Notes: a model not told the origin generated them from the letters alone. DNA of 64,000 bases from Octopus sinensis (GCF_006345805.1 NC_043020.1:744001-808000); one strand, 5' to 3'. Shown: positions 38,496 through 51,588, counted from the first letter of the stretch. Program-made: numbers and translations.

Positions 38496-39559
38496 TATAT
38501 ATATGTGTGTGTGTAACATGATTGTGTGGTAAGAAGCTTGCTTCCCAACCACATGGTTCCAGGTTCAGTCCCACTGCGTGTCACCTTGGGCAAGTGTCTT
38601 CTCTTATAGCCTCGGGCCAACCAAAGCCTTGTGAGTGGATTTGGTTGACAGACACTGAAAGAAGTCCATCATTATATATATGTGTGTGTGTGTGTGTGTA
38701 TGTTTGTGCATGTGCAATGAAATTCTTTCAAATTGCCTCACCAAGTACTGGTTGGCCTGGGGCTATATTACAAGACACTTACCCAAGGTACTTGCAGTGA
38801 GCATGGAATATTGATCGTTAAAACAAAATTGATGATTCACAATATAATTAATATGTTTAGTAAGATCTTCTGACCAAGATTTCTTGTAGCTGTAGTATTA
38901 CTGACTGGTGACTAGGTTGACGATTCCCAGCAGGGCTTCTCCTCTACTCTATCTTACTTGATACCTGACAGCCAATACCATCTCGGGCCCCAACCAACCC
39001 AACATAATCCGAAATTACTGTACTACAAACTCTTCTATTTCCATGTGAATAAATTGATTTTCAGAGATTTTATTCTTTTGCTGGGTTTTTTTTTTCTTCT
39101 TTCCGAACCAACTTGAAATTCAGTTCTTAAGTATTAATTATTTAATATTTTTAATTATAAAAGTATGTTATGTCATTGTTCGTTAGAGTGTTATTTTTAG
39201 TGTTTAAAAAGTACTTCTACTTCAGTAAGCTTTTGTACAGGTTTTTTGTGTGTGTGTGTGTGTTTTTCCATTTAATTTTTCTTATTGTTTTGTTGGTGCT
39301 TAAGATAAACAAGATCTGCTTGTAACAACTGGATGAATGTCTGTCATGAAATATGATCTATTGGATTTACATCAAAGTTGACATAAAATGATTGTGCGGT
39401 TGGCGGCGGCAGTGGTGGTTGGTGGTGGTGGTGGTGGTGGGTGGCAGAGTCTCTTTAGATGTGGAGGTGGAGTTGGATGACAAAATCTGCGAAACATGAA
39501 AAGAAAAGAATGCATTCAAGCCATGTTGAATCAGTTTTAGCTCTCAGAAGTAAAAGAGA

Positions 39560-39835
39560 GTCGGTCTGTGTATGTGGGGTGTGTGCATGTGTAAGTGTGT
39601 GTGCGCTTGTGTAAGTGTGCATGTGTGTGTGTGTGTGTGTGGGAGTGCGCTTGTGTAAGTGTGTATGTGGGTGTGTACATGTGTGTGTGTGTGTGTGTGC
39701 TTGTGTAAGTATGTATGTGGGTGTGTACATGTGTGTGTGGTTATATAAGTGTGTATGTGGGTGTGTGCTTGTGTCAGTGTGTATGCGTAGACATGCTTGA
39801 GTTTGTGTATTTGTAAGTGTATGTGTGTGTGTGTG
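39560..39835. repeat. TG-rich minisatellite (unit like GCTTGTGTAAGTGTGTATGTGGGTGTGTACAT)
   Basis: Direct reading. Confidence 0.85.
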
Positions 39836-40477
39836 TAATGCTTCAAGCTATCATATTTGATGGTATATAAGATGCACATTTTTTTGAAAATATGTCTCAA
39901 AAAAAAAACCCACCCTGGGGCCTATATATGAAGTTACTTTATTCCATGCTCTAATACACCAAAAACATTTATTCCTTGAATCTGCACTGCTGAAATGGGG
40001 GGGGGGCGCATCTAATATGCATGTGCATCTTTTATGCTATCGAATACAGTACTTAGATTTTTTTTGTGTAAGATTAAAAAAAAAATCCCTTAAGCTCAAG
40101 GAAACTGGATTGATCAGATGTAGATGATTATCTGTGGAAGAATTTGCCAGAAAGGATTATGACAAGCACCATTCCATTTACAGTGAAGGATTTTTGATTC
40201 TTGTCTGTTCTGCCATACATTTAGATTATATTATTTTACTGTCTTGAGCCCAAGGGCTCATAGGACCAGTTACCTGGTTTCTATGATGTGTAAGTGACCA
40301 AGATCACAAAATTCCTCCCTGCCAAATGGGGTGCTGGTCTGTCACAGGGCTACTCGTTTACAGCTAAGTGGACTGAGCTGACCTGTGGCCAAATATATTC
40401 CAGCCATGACCATCCTCTTGGTCTTTATCGGCCCTACTCCTACCACACTGAAACAGTGTATTGCAGGATCATATTAA

Positions 40478-40698
40478 CCTTTTAGCATTTAAACCGGCCA
40501 TATCCGGCTGAAAGTATCCTGTCTGTTTTTGGTCAAACTGGCCAGATCTGGTCTCTCACACCAACCCTACAATATTGTTTTAAAAATTAACAGCTACCTC
40601 ATCAAAATCTCAAAACTACAAGATTAATGAATGATTAGTTCAAAACAATATGGATAAAAAAGGATTAATTTTGGCAGAATAATGCAAACACTAAAGGG
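40478..40698. mobile_element. piggyBac-type MITE, second family
   Basis: TTAA|CCTTTTAG ... CTAAAGGG|TTAA; body unrelated to 36397-36610. Confidence 0.7.
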
Positions 40699-42106
40699 TT
40701 AAGGTATGTACCATGAGAGATTTAGCTGCTATTTACAGCAAGTTAAGCAGCCATGTAGAGGCTCCTCATTTAGGATGTCTTAAATATCAATAATTACACA
40801 CTGTTTTATCTCTAACTTTGAACAGTATACACTGTTTTTTATTTGTATATTTATCAATTTTTTTAAAGTTCTTTTATACACCTTTATCTGTGTTGGCCTT
40901 TGTAAATTCTCAGGTGTTCTAAGACATTTTTGTGGCTGCTAGACCATCTGTTGCCTTATCAGATTTGTAAATTATTTGTCCAGGATTCCATATTTGTTGA
41001 TTTAAATTATCTCTATGTACATACCATGACTGGGCAATTGTGACCAGATGTTATTGGTTTTCATTATCCAAAGTCAGGTCTTCACTATTTTTGTACATCT
41101 ACAAGAAACACCTCTATTTTTTATTTTTATTTTTCAACTGATTACCAACCTAGAGGGGGAGATATATTAGTTTATTAACCATGTTTTGTGGTCCTTTTTT
41201 TCCTCACTTCCTATTCAGTATACTTTTCCCAGACTTTCTTATTCTTTTCCATAAAGATCTACTTTCTTTCTCCTTCCCTCCATTTCTTATCCCTAATCTA
41301 ACAACAACTTCCTCCTCTTGTATTGGCCAGCTTTATTGATAAGAGAGAGATCAATTACTCTTTCTTATGGCTATAAATTATTCACAATCTGTTGTGTATA
41401 TATATTTATACAATCCTACAGTAACAGATATTTTATTAGTTTTCTTTATTGAAAAAGAAACATTTCTCACCTTCAGACTGTTATAAATGTACTTGTTGTT
41501 GTCTATTTGTTGTCTTTTTGTAGGGGTAATGTATTCTAAAGGGCTATTACATTTTTTGCTTCTCACTCTCTCCTTTTTTCCTTTGTTTTTTCGTACTCAT
41601 TTCTTTTCTTTTCCTCCCTCGGTATCGCTAATGTATTAATGGCTACTGTTTTGTTTTTAGAACGTGGTTCTTTTCTGGAAATTAGCTATTCAAATACATC
41701 ATTATTACTCTGCCTTGATTGTTTCTACGCATGCGATTGCACCAAGCAGCACTAATTAAAATGTTATAATGCTTTAATTAATCAGATAGTTCTCTCAGAA
41801 GAAACTTATGTTTAATTATTGTTTTGGTCTCAAGACTTGAACCATTTTCGTTTCATATATATATATATATATATATATAGTGTGTGTGTGTGTGTGTGTA
41901 TCTCTATGTATATATGTGTGTGTGTGTGTGTGTATCTCTATGTATATATGTGTGTGTGTATATGTATATGTGTGTATGTATGTATATGTATATATGTATG
42001 TGTATGTGTGTATATATATATGTATGTATGTGTGTATGTATGTGTATATGTGTGTGCATGTATATGTATATATTTGTATGTATATATGTATGCATATATA
42101 TATATG

Positions 42107-42143
<37 letters not shown>

Positions 42144-42433
42144 AAATTTGACATGGGCGATTCTTTCTTGTATATTTTCTTGTCTTAGGATTCACGGTCA
42201 AACGGCTGGGTGGAATTGCATGAAAAATTACACGTGTAGAATGATCTGGTGGTGTTGCTGGGCTTTGTATTTTTTTCATAGCTCCCATGGTTACTGAGAT
42301 AATCTACTATAATAATACTCTTGTGTTTATGAATGAGAAAGGAAGGTGTGTATATATACATGTATGTATATGTAATGTATTTATTATGCATGGCCTCAGT
42401 CAAATGACTGAAACAAGTAAAAGAATGTGTGTC

Positions 42434-42488
<55 letters not shown>

Positions 42489-42848
42489 AGCTTCTTTCAG
42501 TTCCATCTACTAGATTTTTTCTATTTTTATTCACCCTTCCACTTATTGCATCTGTCTTCTCATTTTTTTTCTTCTGATTTCTCATGTACTAGTGTCCTGA
42601 TTTTCAAATAGAATGAACCATGTGCTCAGAGCCTGAGGATTGCTTGAAAGCACAGGGTGTGTTATAAAAACCTGCCTAGACACACGTCTTCAGAGCAAGA
42701 GTCTATTAGTAGCTTGTACTTTTGTACTGTGTACAGTGACTGATATCTCTCACTTGGAGTACTTTGTTTTGTTGGTCTTACCCTTAATGAAACCGTAAAC
42801 GCTCTCTCTCTGTCTTTCCTTCTCTCTTTTTCTGTATGTGTCTATATA

Positions 42849-43287
42849 TGGCTGTGTGGTAAGTAGCTTGCTAACCAACCACATGGTTCAGGGTTCAGTC
42901 CCACTGCGTGGCATCTTGGGCAAGTGTCTTCTGCTATAGCCCGGGCCGACCAATGCCTTGTGAGTGGATTTGGTAGACGGAAACTGAAGAAGCCTGTCGT
43001 ATATATATATATATATAATATATATATATATAATATAATATATATATATATATAGATATATATATATATATATCTGTGTATGTGTTTGTGTGTCTGTGTT
43101 TGTCCCCTTAGCATTGCTTGACAACCGATGCTGGTATGCTTACGTCCCCGTCACTTAGCGGTTCGGCAAAAAGAGACCGATAGAATAAGTACTGGGCTTA
43201 CAAAAGAATAAGTCCCGGGGTCGATTTGCTCGACTAAAGGCGGTGCTCCAGCATGGCCGCAGTCAAATGACTGAAACAAGTAAAAGA

Positions 43288-43289
<2 letters not shown>
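42849..43289 (+). mobile_element. tRNA-derived SINE, family A
   Basis: TGGCTGTGTGGTAAGTAGC...CAAGTAAAAGAGT, flanked on the right by (TA)n. Confidence 0.92.
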
Positions 43290-43364
<75 letters not shown>

Positions 43365-43777
43365 CATATATACACACATACGCACACACATTCTTGTTTG
43401 TTGATAGTGGTTATGTGTTCATAGGTGGAGAAGTACTTGAAGCATAACAATAACATAGATGTTAGTCAGCCAACCTTTTTACACACACACACACACCACT
43501 ATTATACTTGTCAATCCAATTTTACATGCTTGATTATTGCATTATGTTGTAATGTAGTCCCTTTGTTGTCAATTTTGGTAGATGACGAAATCCATCATCA
43601 TCATGATTAGTATTAATTAAGAGTCATCAGCGCATAGAGTTAACATTCAAATCCTGCTGAGTTCAACTTAGCTTTTCGTTCTTCCGGGAGTTGATTAAAT
43701 AAGTACCAGTCATGTACTGGTGTTGATGCAACTGACTAACCATGCCAAAATTAGAAATAATAATAATAATAATAATA

Positions 43778-43822
<45 letters not shown>

Positions 43823-43825
43823 TTT

Positions 43826-44379
43826 GAGTGAGAGAGCAGTGCATGTCATCAAAGTGACACTGGGGTAAAATATACGAAGCCCAGTATACCCATCATGACT
43901 ACCCGTCTGATAAGGGTACACTAGGTGCATGCATCACAACCATATGGGCATGACATGGTGATCTCATATCAAGATAAACAGCGCATGACCTTGCTTGTAG
44001 GTGGGGCGTAGTTAGAATTTTCTTCAGGTTGAGTAGCCCATCCCGCTCAAAACATCCCTGAATAAGGATTATTTAAGGATATTGAACAAAACCACCCCAT
44101 GTTTCCAGAGGTGAATTATCCAAACCTCCAAGAATTCCTTTCAACACACAGCTATGATGCTCCCCCACTATTTCTGCTCATGATCAGAGATGCACATATC
44201 GTCAGTCACTAAGGGACATGCTCAGCTGGTTAAGGTCAAACAACTGACAAGCAAATCTGTGGTATTGAGCTGAGTATTTGCTGTAGCCTATCTTTTATAC
44301 TAAGACAAAACAATGTACATGATAACACTTCCAATCAGTTAAGATCAGAAGTCATGAGAGCCACTGCCTGGAACTGCAT
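43826..44379. mobile_element. ~550-bp non-coding interspersed element embedded in (TTA)n, copy 1
   Basis: Fixed ends GAGTGAGAGAGCAG ... CCACTGCCTGGAACTGCAT; (TTA)n on both sides; no TIRs and no ORF. Confidence 0.85.
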
Positions 44380-44423
44380 ATTATTATTATTATTATTATA
44401 TTATTATTATTATTATTATTATA

Positions 44424-44972
44424 GAGTGAGAGAGCAGTTCATGCCATCAAAGTGACACTGGGGTAAAATATACGAAGCCCAGTATACCCATCATGACTAC
44501 CCGTCTGATAAGGGTACACCAGGCACATGCATCACAACCATATGTGCGCGACATGGTGATCTCATATCAAGATAAACAGCACATGACCTTGCAGGTGGGG
44601 CCCAGTTAGAAATTTCTTCAGGTTGAGTAGCCCATCCTGCTCAAAAGGTCCCTGAATAAGGGTTGTTTAAGGATGTTGAACGAAACACCCATGTTTCCAG
44701 AGTTGAATTATTCAAACACCAAAGAATCCCTCTCAGCACATGGCTATGATGCTCCCCCACTACTTCTGCTCGTGATCAGAGATGCACATATTGTCAGCCA
44801 CTAAGGGACATTGGTCAACTGGTTAAGGTCAAACAACTGACAAGCAAATCTGTGGTATTGAGCAGAATATTTACTGTAGCCCATCTTTTATACTAAGACA
44901 AAACGATGTACATGATAACACTTCCAATCAGTTAAGATCAGAAGTCATGAGAGCCACTGCCTGGAACTGCAT
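44424..44972. mobile_element. ~550-bp non-coding interspersed element embedded in (TTA)n, copy 2
   Basis: Same ends as copy 1 with many scattered substitutions; separated from it by (TTA)n and followed by (TTA)n. Confidence 0.85.
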
Positions 44973-45142
44973 ATTATTATTATTATTATTATTCAGTAGT
45001 CATTTTTTTATATGCTTCCACTGCACTTCTGAGTTCTATGCACATGTTTTGTGGTTTTGGTGCTGTTATTATTATCATTATTATTGTTATTGTTGTTATT
45101 GTTATTATTATTATATTTATATTTAAATATATATATATATAT

Positions 45143-45478
45143 AACAATTGCAGCGTGGAAGGTATTTGTAAGCCATTTAAGAAACACACAAAAGCCGTTC
45201 AATTCACTTCAACATTTAGGTTTAATTTGTCAAAATATTTTCGTCGCTTTAAGACCGCGACCTGTTCACTGACAAAAAGCCGTGCTGCATCCATGTCAGT
45301 GAACAGGTCGCGGTCTCAAAGCGACGAAAATATTTTGACAAATTAAACTTAAATGTTGAAGTGAATCGAACGGCTTTTGTGTGTTTCTTAAATGGTTTAC
45401 AAACAAACTTCCACGCCGCAATTGTTTTCGTTCAAGCACACGATCTCAGATCAGGCCACTTGCTATGCAAGTACATTT
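45143..45478. mobile_element. Fold-back element: ~133-bp inverted arms (45143-45426) plus a one-sided ~52-bp extension
   Basis: AACAATTGCAGCGTGGAAG...GACCTGTTCACTGACA versus TGTCAGTGAACAGGTC...CTTCCACGCCGCAATTGTT. The extension is shared with the copy at 30918. Confidence 0.92.
45294..45340 (+). ncRNA. Candidate type I minimal hammerhead ribozyme with variant core GUGAACA (G3-C8 swap); mirror copy on the minus strand at 45226-45276
   Basis: TGTCA-GTGAACA-G-GTCGC-GGTCTCAAA-GCGAC-GAAA-A-TA-TT-T-TGACA: perfect stems I and II, GAAA, and palindromic stem III AAAATATTTT. Confidence 0.55.
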
Positions 45479-46232
45479 CCGTAATTATTATTATTGTTAT
45501 TGTTGTTATTATTATTATTATCATCATCATCATCGGTGTATTCTTAGTTGGATCTCGATTTCATTCACGTTGAAATTCTCATTTCCTCTTATTTAAAGAA
45601 CCACCGAATCCTGTGAATCGTTGATATTATTCTAGTTGTTGTTCTTCTTCTTCCTATTGTCATTTGTATCACTTGACCTGACGTAATCACTTACTTTCCA
45701 ACAGTCTGTCTAATCTTAAATGAACTGTCTTCGCATTCGTCTGTATTTTTGTGCAAATTCTCCGAAACCGTTGTATCAGAAAGGTCAAACATATGTATGA
45801 CAAGAACTAAACATAAATTTAAGTTTTGTCAGATATGATAAATGACTAATCGACTACCGCTAAAATGGTAAGTAGTTGTCGAGGAATGGCATTACCATTT
45901 TCTTGTAAATGATCTATTTTGATTATTTATAGTAATCAGCGCTAGCCAGAAAGTATCTCCACTTCTATGGACCTGCAATTTGGCTTCACGTGTAATCAGA
46001 GAAAGCTTCAATCTCTGAGATGTGTGTGTGTGTGTGTGTGTGTGCGTATGTGTGTGTGTATGGGTGTGTATCTGTATGTAAGTGTGTGTGTATATGTGTA
46101 TCTGTATGTAAGTGTGTGTGTATGTGTGTGTAAGTGTGTGTGTATGTGTGTGTAAGTGTGTATGTGTGTGTGCGCGCATGTGTATGTGTGTGTATATGTG
46201 TGTGTATGTATGTGTGTATGTATGTGTATATA

Positions 46233-46274
<42 letters not shown>

Positions 46275-46768
46275 CTTCTCTAAAGCAAATTAAGATGGCC
46301 ATTGTATTACAATCACCAAATGAAGTGTCATCAGGCTGTCACGCCATTGAAATATGCGTTTTTACTTAAAAGCCTCTGAGAGACTCTTCAACGTGGTAAG
46401 CATTGTACGTTCTGAAATGTCAAATGCACAAGACAAACCGTGGTCAGTAGTACTTTTAAGTTGGCAATAGGTGAGTAGTGTTTCATTCGTTCATGTATGG
46501 TGTGGTGGGCAGATGAGGTGGTCATGGTGGAGGGGAACTGATTATGGTAAAGTAGCAAACTTTACTACTGATTTGAGGTCCGTTCACTAAATGAAGAGAT
46601 GTGAGTGCAGGCGTGGCTGTGCGGTAAGAAGTTTGCTTCCCAACCACATGGTTCTGGGTTCAATCCCACTGTGTGGCACCTCAGGTGAGTGTCTTCTACT
46701 ATAGCCTTGGACCGACCAAGGCCTTGTCAGCAGACTTGGTAGATGGAAACTAAAAGAAGCCTGTTGTA

Positions 46769-46830
<62 letters not shown>

Positions 46831-47765
46831 CAATAATAACAAAGGGTAAAATTAATTAATTAAGAAGTAATCAATAATTTCACCAAGTAGAATTTGGCAT
46901 GAAAAAAAGACCATTTCATGGTAAACTTAAGTAATACTTAATAATTAGGGTTCAGCAAAGATTTGCTTTACCACATACCAAAATTTAGAAATAGCAGCCA
47001 AAAAACGTTAGCTATTTCTTCTACTTTAAAAAGGGACTCCCAGAAAAACCAAAATACTTGAAAACAATCCACACAGGATTTTCTAGGATTCCCTTTTTAA
47101 AGTAGAAGAAATAGCTAACGTTTTTTGCCTGCTATTTCTAAACTTCGGTATGTGGTAAAGCAAAGAAGCACACACTAGAGCAGCATTTTTCAAACTTTTT
47201 TGTCATGACCCCTTTCAATTATTTCACGTGAACTTTGTGTCTGTGTGTGTGTATTTATGGTTGTCATCGTCACTGCTTTACAGCTGGTGTTGGTTTATTT
47301 ACATCCCTGTAACTTACCAGTTCAGCAAAAAGGGGTCATTAGAATTAAGCAGTTTTGGAATTGCTTTCTTCAACTAAACGCTTCAAGGTGGTACACCAGC
47401 ATGGTCGCAGTCCAATACTTGAAACAAGTGACGCCGCATAAATGATCACCAAAACCATTGTCATCATTCTCTGTCTGTTTGTCCATACTGTTATGGATTG
47501 GACAATGACAACTATCATCATCATCATCATCATCATTTTGATGGCAGTTTGTTTTGTTTTGTTTTTTTTTCTTGTCCTTCTTTTGCTAGCATCAACAAAT
47601 GGGTTTGCAAAATGTCAACTTCCACCACATTTAGCTATTTCGGCTGGAACAGAAGCCTCAAACCTTTTGTTTATAAGTGTAGGAATTTAACAGCCCACCT
47701 AACATGAAGACGCAAGTATATTTATCTGGAAAACTCCATAAACTGCATGCATCTTCTGACAAATG

Positions 47766-47769
<4 letters not shown>

Positions 47770-47847
<78 letters not shown>

Positions 47848-48094
47848 ATGTATGTATATATATGTATATATATGTATGCATGTATATATATATTGTATGT
47901 ATATGTATATGTATGTATATATATGTATATATATGTATGTATGTATATATTATGGATATATATGTATTATATATATTATGTATGTATATATATGTATATA
48001 TATATATATGTATGTATATATATGTATATATTATATGTATGTATATATATGTATATATATATATATGTATGTATATATATGTATATATATTATG

Positions 48095-48125
<31 letters not shown>

Positions 48126-48178
48126 GATGTATATGTATATATGTATGTGTATTTATATATTTATATATGTATATATTG

Positions 48179-48214
<36 letters not shown>

Positions 48215-48346
48215 GTGTGTGGTGGGTGTGTGTGTGGTGTGTGTATGTGTATATGTATGTATATATATGTATATATATGTATGCATGTAATATATATATG
48301 TATGTATATGTATATGTATGTATTATATGTATAGTATGTATGTATG

Positions 48347-48379
<33 letters not shown>

Positions 48380-48640
48380 GTATGTATATATATGTATATA
48401 TATATATATGTATGTAATATATTGTATATAAATATATTGTAATATATATATGTATATATATATATGTATGTATATATATGTATATATTATATGTATGTAT
48501 TTATATGTATGTATATATATGTAATGTTGTATATGTATATATGTATATGTATTTATATATGTAATATATATGTATATATGTATATATATATATGTATATA
48601 TATATATATGTATATATTATATATATAGATATGTATGTAT
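47770..48640. repeat. Long compound (TA)/(TG)/(TATG) microsatellite
   Basis: Direct reading. Confidence 0.97.
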
Positions 48641-49016
48641 GTATATAACATTAGAAATGGTGTATACAAACACACCTGTATGTGTGGTAGAGATTAAGTG
48701 TGGAAGAATACGAATTCATAGAAAGATGTTAAAAGCTTAAACTAATCCATGTTGTGAAAAGAATTCTCTTCCTCAAAACCCCACACCCCCTCACCACCAC
48801 CACCAAACCTATTTCCCCCCCCCAGCCCCAAGACTTCTGAAGGTCCATTAAACTGATGCACTTATCATTCTAAGATGTGCATGGTATCTGAGAAGACGGT
48901 CTTTAATTTATATATTGTATGCATAGAAACATTGTCTCTGAAAGCTGAGCTTCACTTCCACTTCTCCATACATATTTGTATATATATATACAATATAGAT
49001 CTACAAGTGCTTATGC

Positions 49017-49051
<35 letters not shown>

Positions 49052-49057
49052 ATATAG

Positions 49058-49109
<52 letters not shown>

Positions 49110-49111
<2 letters not shown>

Positions 49112-49545
49112 TCATCATTGTTTAACGTCCATTTTCCATGCTAGCATGGGTTGGACGGTTCGATTGGGGTCTGGGAATCCAGGCTGCACCAGGCTCCAGT
49201 CTGATCTGGCAATGTTTCTACGGCTGGATGCCCTTCCTAATGCCAACCACTCCGTGAGTGTACTGGGTGCTTTTTACGTGCCACCGGCACAGGTTCAGAC
49301 GAGGCTGGCAAACGACCACGATCAGATGGTGCTTTTTACGTGCCACCTGCACAGGTGCCAGATGAGGCTGGCAAACAGCCACTATCGAATGGTGCTTTTT
49401 ATGTGCCACCGGCATGGGGGCCAGACGAGGCTGGCAATGGCCACTATCGGGTGGTGCTTTTTATGTGCCACCGGTATGGAGGCCAGTCGGAGCGGTGCTG
49501 GCAGCGGCCACGTTTGGATGGTTCTCGTACGTGCCACCAGCACTG
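49110..49545 (-). mobile_element. RTE-type short element with ~5 x 54-60-bp internal tandem repeats
   Basis: (CAT)n tail block and repeated TTTTA(C/T)GTGCCACCGGCA...GACGAGGCTGGCAA...GATGGTGC units. Confidence 0.82.
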
Positions 49546-49982
49546 GTATCACAGCTACAGATTAGAAGCAACTCAGACACACATACACAAGGTGTGTATT
49601 CTGTTAAATCATTGGGTGGCTGCATTTTTTAGGTGTAATAGAATATAATCTCAAGCCCTCATTTTCTTGTTTCAGTCACTAGGTTTGCTCAAGGTTCCAT
49701 GCAGTGGGACCTGAACCTGGAACCACGTGGTTGGGAAGCAAACTTCTTACCACACAGCCACACGCACTTTTATTATTTTTGATTGGCAGAAACTTATAAA
49801 AAGTGACTTGAGGGCTGAGTGCTTCATGCATGGTACTTATCAAACAAGTAGCTAAGCATTTTGATGAGTGCCAATGCTTTTGGCCTTTGAGTCACTTCTG
49901 TAAGTCAAGTGAATGGTCTTCAAAAAGAGCTTAGTAAAGGGAAACTGTGTAGAAGTCTATATATATGTATAAATGTATGTAA

Positions 49983-50213
49983 AGGCGGCGAGCTGGCAGA
50001 AGCATTAACGGGCCGGGCGAAATGCTTTGCGGTATTTCGTCTGCCGTTACGTTCTGAGTTCAAATTCCGCCGAGGTCGACTTTGCTTTTCATCCTTTCAG
50101 GGTCAATAAATGAAGTACCAGTTACGCACTGGGGTCGATGTAATCGACTTAATCCGTTTGTCTGTCCTTGCTTGTCCCCTCTGTGTTTAGCCCTTTGTGG
50201 GCAATAAAGAAAT
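49983..50213 (+). mobile_element. tRNA-derived SINE, family B, full length
   Basis: GGCGGCGAGCTGGCAGAAGC...GAGTTCAAATTCC...GGGCAATAAAGAAATA. Confidence 0.92.
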
Positions 50214-50234
50214 ATATATATATGTATGTATCAA

Positions 50235-50274
<40 letters not shown>

Positions 50275-50899
50275 TTGTTCCTACCACCGGTTGACAACCT
50301 ATGTTGGTTTGTTTATGTCTTCATAACTTAGCAGTTTGGTAAAAGGCAGACAGAACAAGTACTAGTCTTAAAAATAAGTACCGCACTTGATTTGGCCAAC
50401 TAAAAACTATCGAGTGGTGCTCCAGCATGGCCGCAGTTCTACGACTGAAACAAGTAAAAGATAATTAACAATAAACAATAAAAAAGACAGTTGGGTTTAA
50501 TTTAATGGAAATGTAGCCGCTGTTTCTAGCTGCTTGGATGGCCACTCGGCGACTCCCTTGTTGACTTGCCATTAAAAACGTTGATGGTGATAATGTGCTT
50601 CAACGGATGTTGTCAAGAGTCCAGCCACGAACGGAACAGACTAGTGACAAATATGGTGGTGAGTTGTTGTATATACAATGGTATAGATTACACAATGATT
50701 ATAGATCGGTCGAGCCAGTTTGATGAAGCATGGATTGTGAAGTAAATATACAATTGTATAATGATGGATATTGAGTACAGGTAGTTGGCACTCTACCACT
50801 TAGCTACGGTATTGGTGGTGGATGGCGTGAGCGGAGACGCGTAAGAGTAGCGTATATGAACTGGCGTAGGAAATAGCCTTCACCATTTATTTAATAATC

Positions 50900-50921
50900 T
50901 AGCACACACACATACATACAT

Positions 50922-50956
<35 letters not shown>

Positions 50957-51079
50957 ATATATGTAGTAATATTAGTTATGTATATATATATATGTATGTA
51001 TATATATATATGTATGTATATATATAGGTATGTATGTATATATTATGTATATATATATATGTATATATATATTTATATG

Positions 51080-51129
<50 letters not shown>

Positions 51130-51150
51130 CATTATATATATATATATAAC

Positions 51151-51181
<31 letters not shown>

Positions 51182-51394
51182 CTATACATATTATATATAT
51201 ATATATACATATATATATACATATATATGTATATATATATATGTATATATGTATTTATATATATATGTATAATATATATATATAGTATATATATGTATAT
51301 ATTATATATATGTATTATATATATATGTATATATATAGTATATATATATGTATATATGTATTTATATATATATGTATATAATATATATATGTGT

Positions 51395-51425
<31 letters not shown>

Positions 51426-51510
51426 GATATATATATATATTATATATGTATATATATATATGTATATATATATATGTATATATATATATGTATATATATA
51501 TATATACACA
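50900..51510. repeat. Long (TA)n-dominated microsatellite
   Basis: Direct reading. Confidence 0.97.
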
Positions 51511-51553
51511 TACGACTGTATATGTGTGCTTGAGTACCTTTATACACACACAC

Positions 51554-51588
<35 letters not shown>

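Noticed and set aside
44340-44379. Slight resemblance of the (TAA)n element's end to U2 snRNA sequence
   Set aside because: Only a few bases match, and there is no Sm site or U2 stem-loop structure.
50570-50665. Short open frame ending at a strong GTGAGT donor
   Set aside because: An in-frame stop lies just upstream and there is no acceptor or recognisable peptide.
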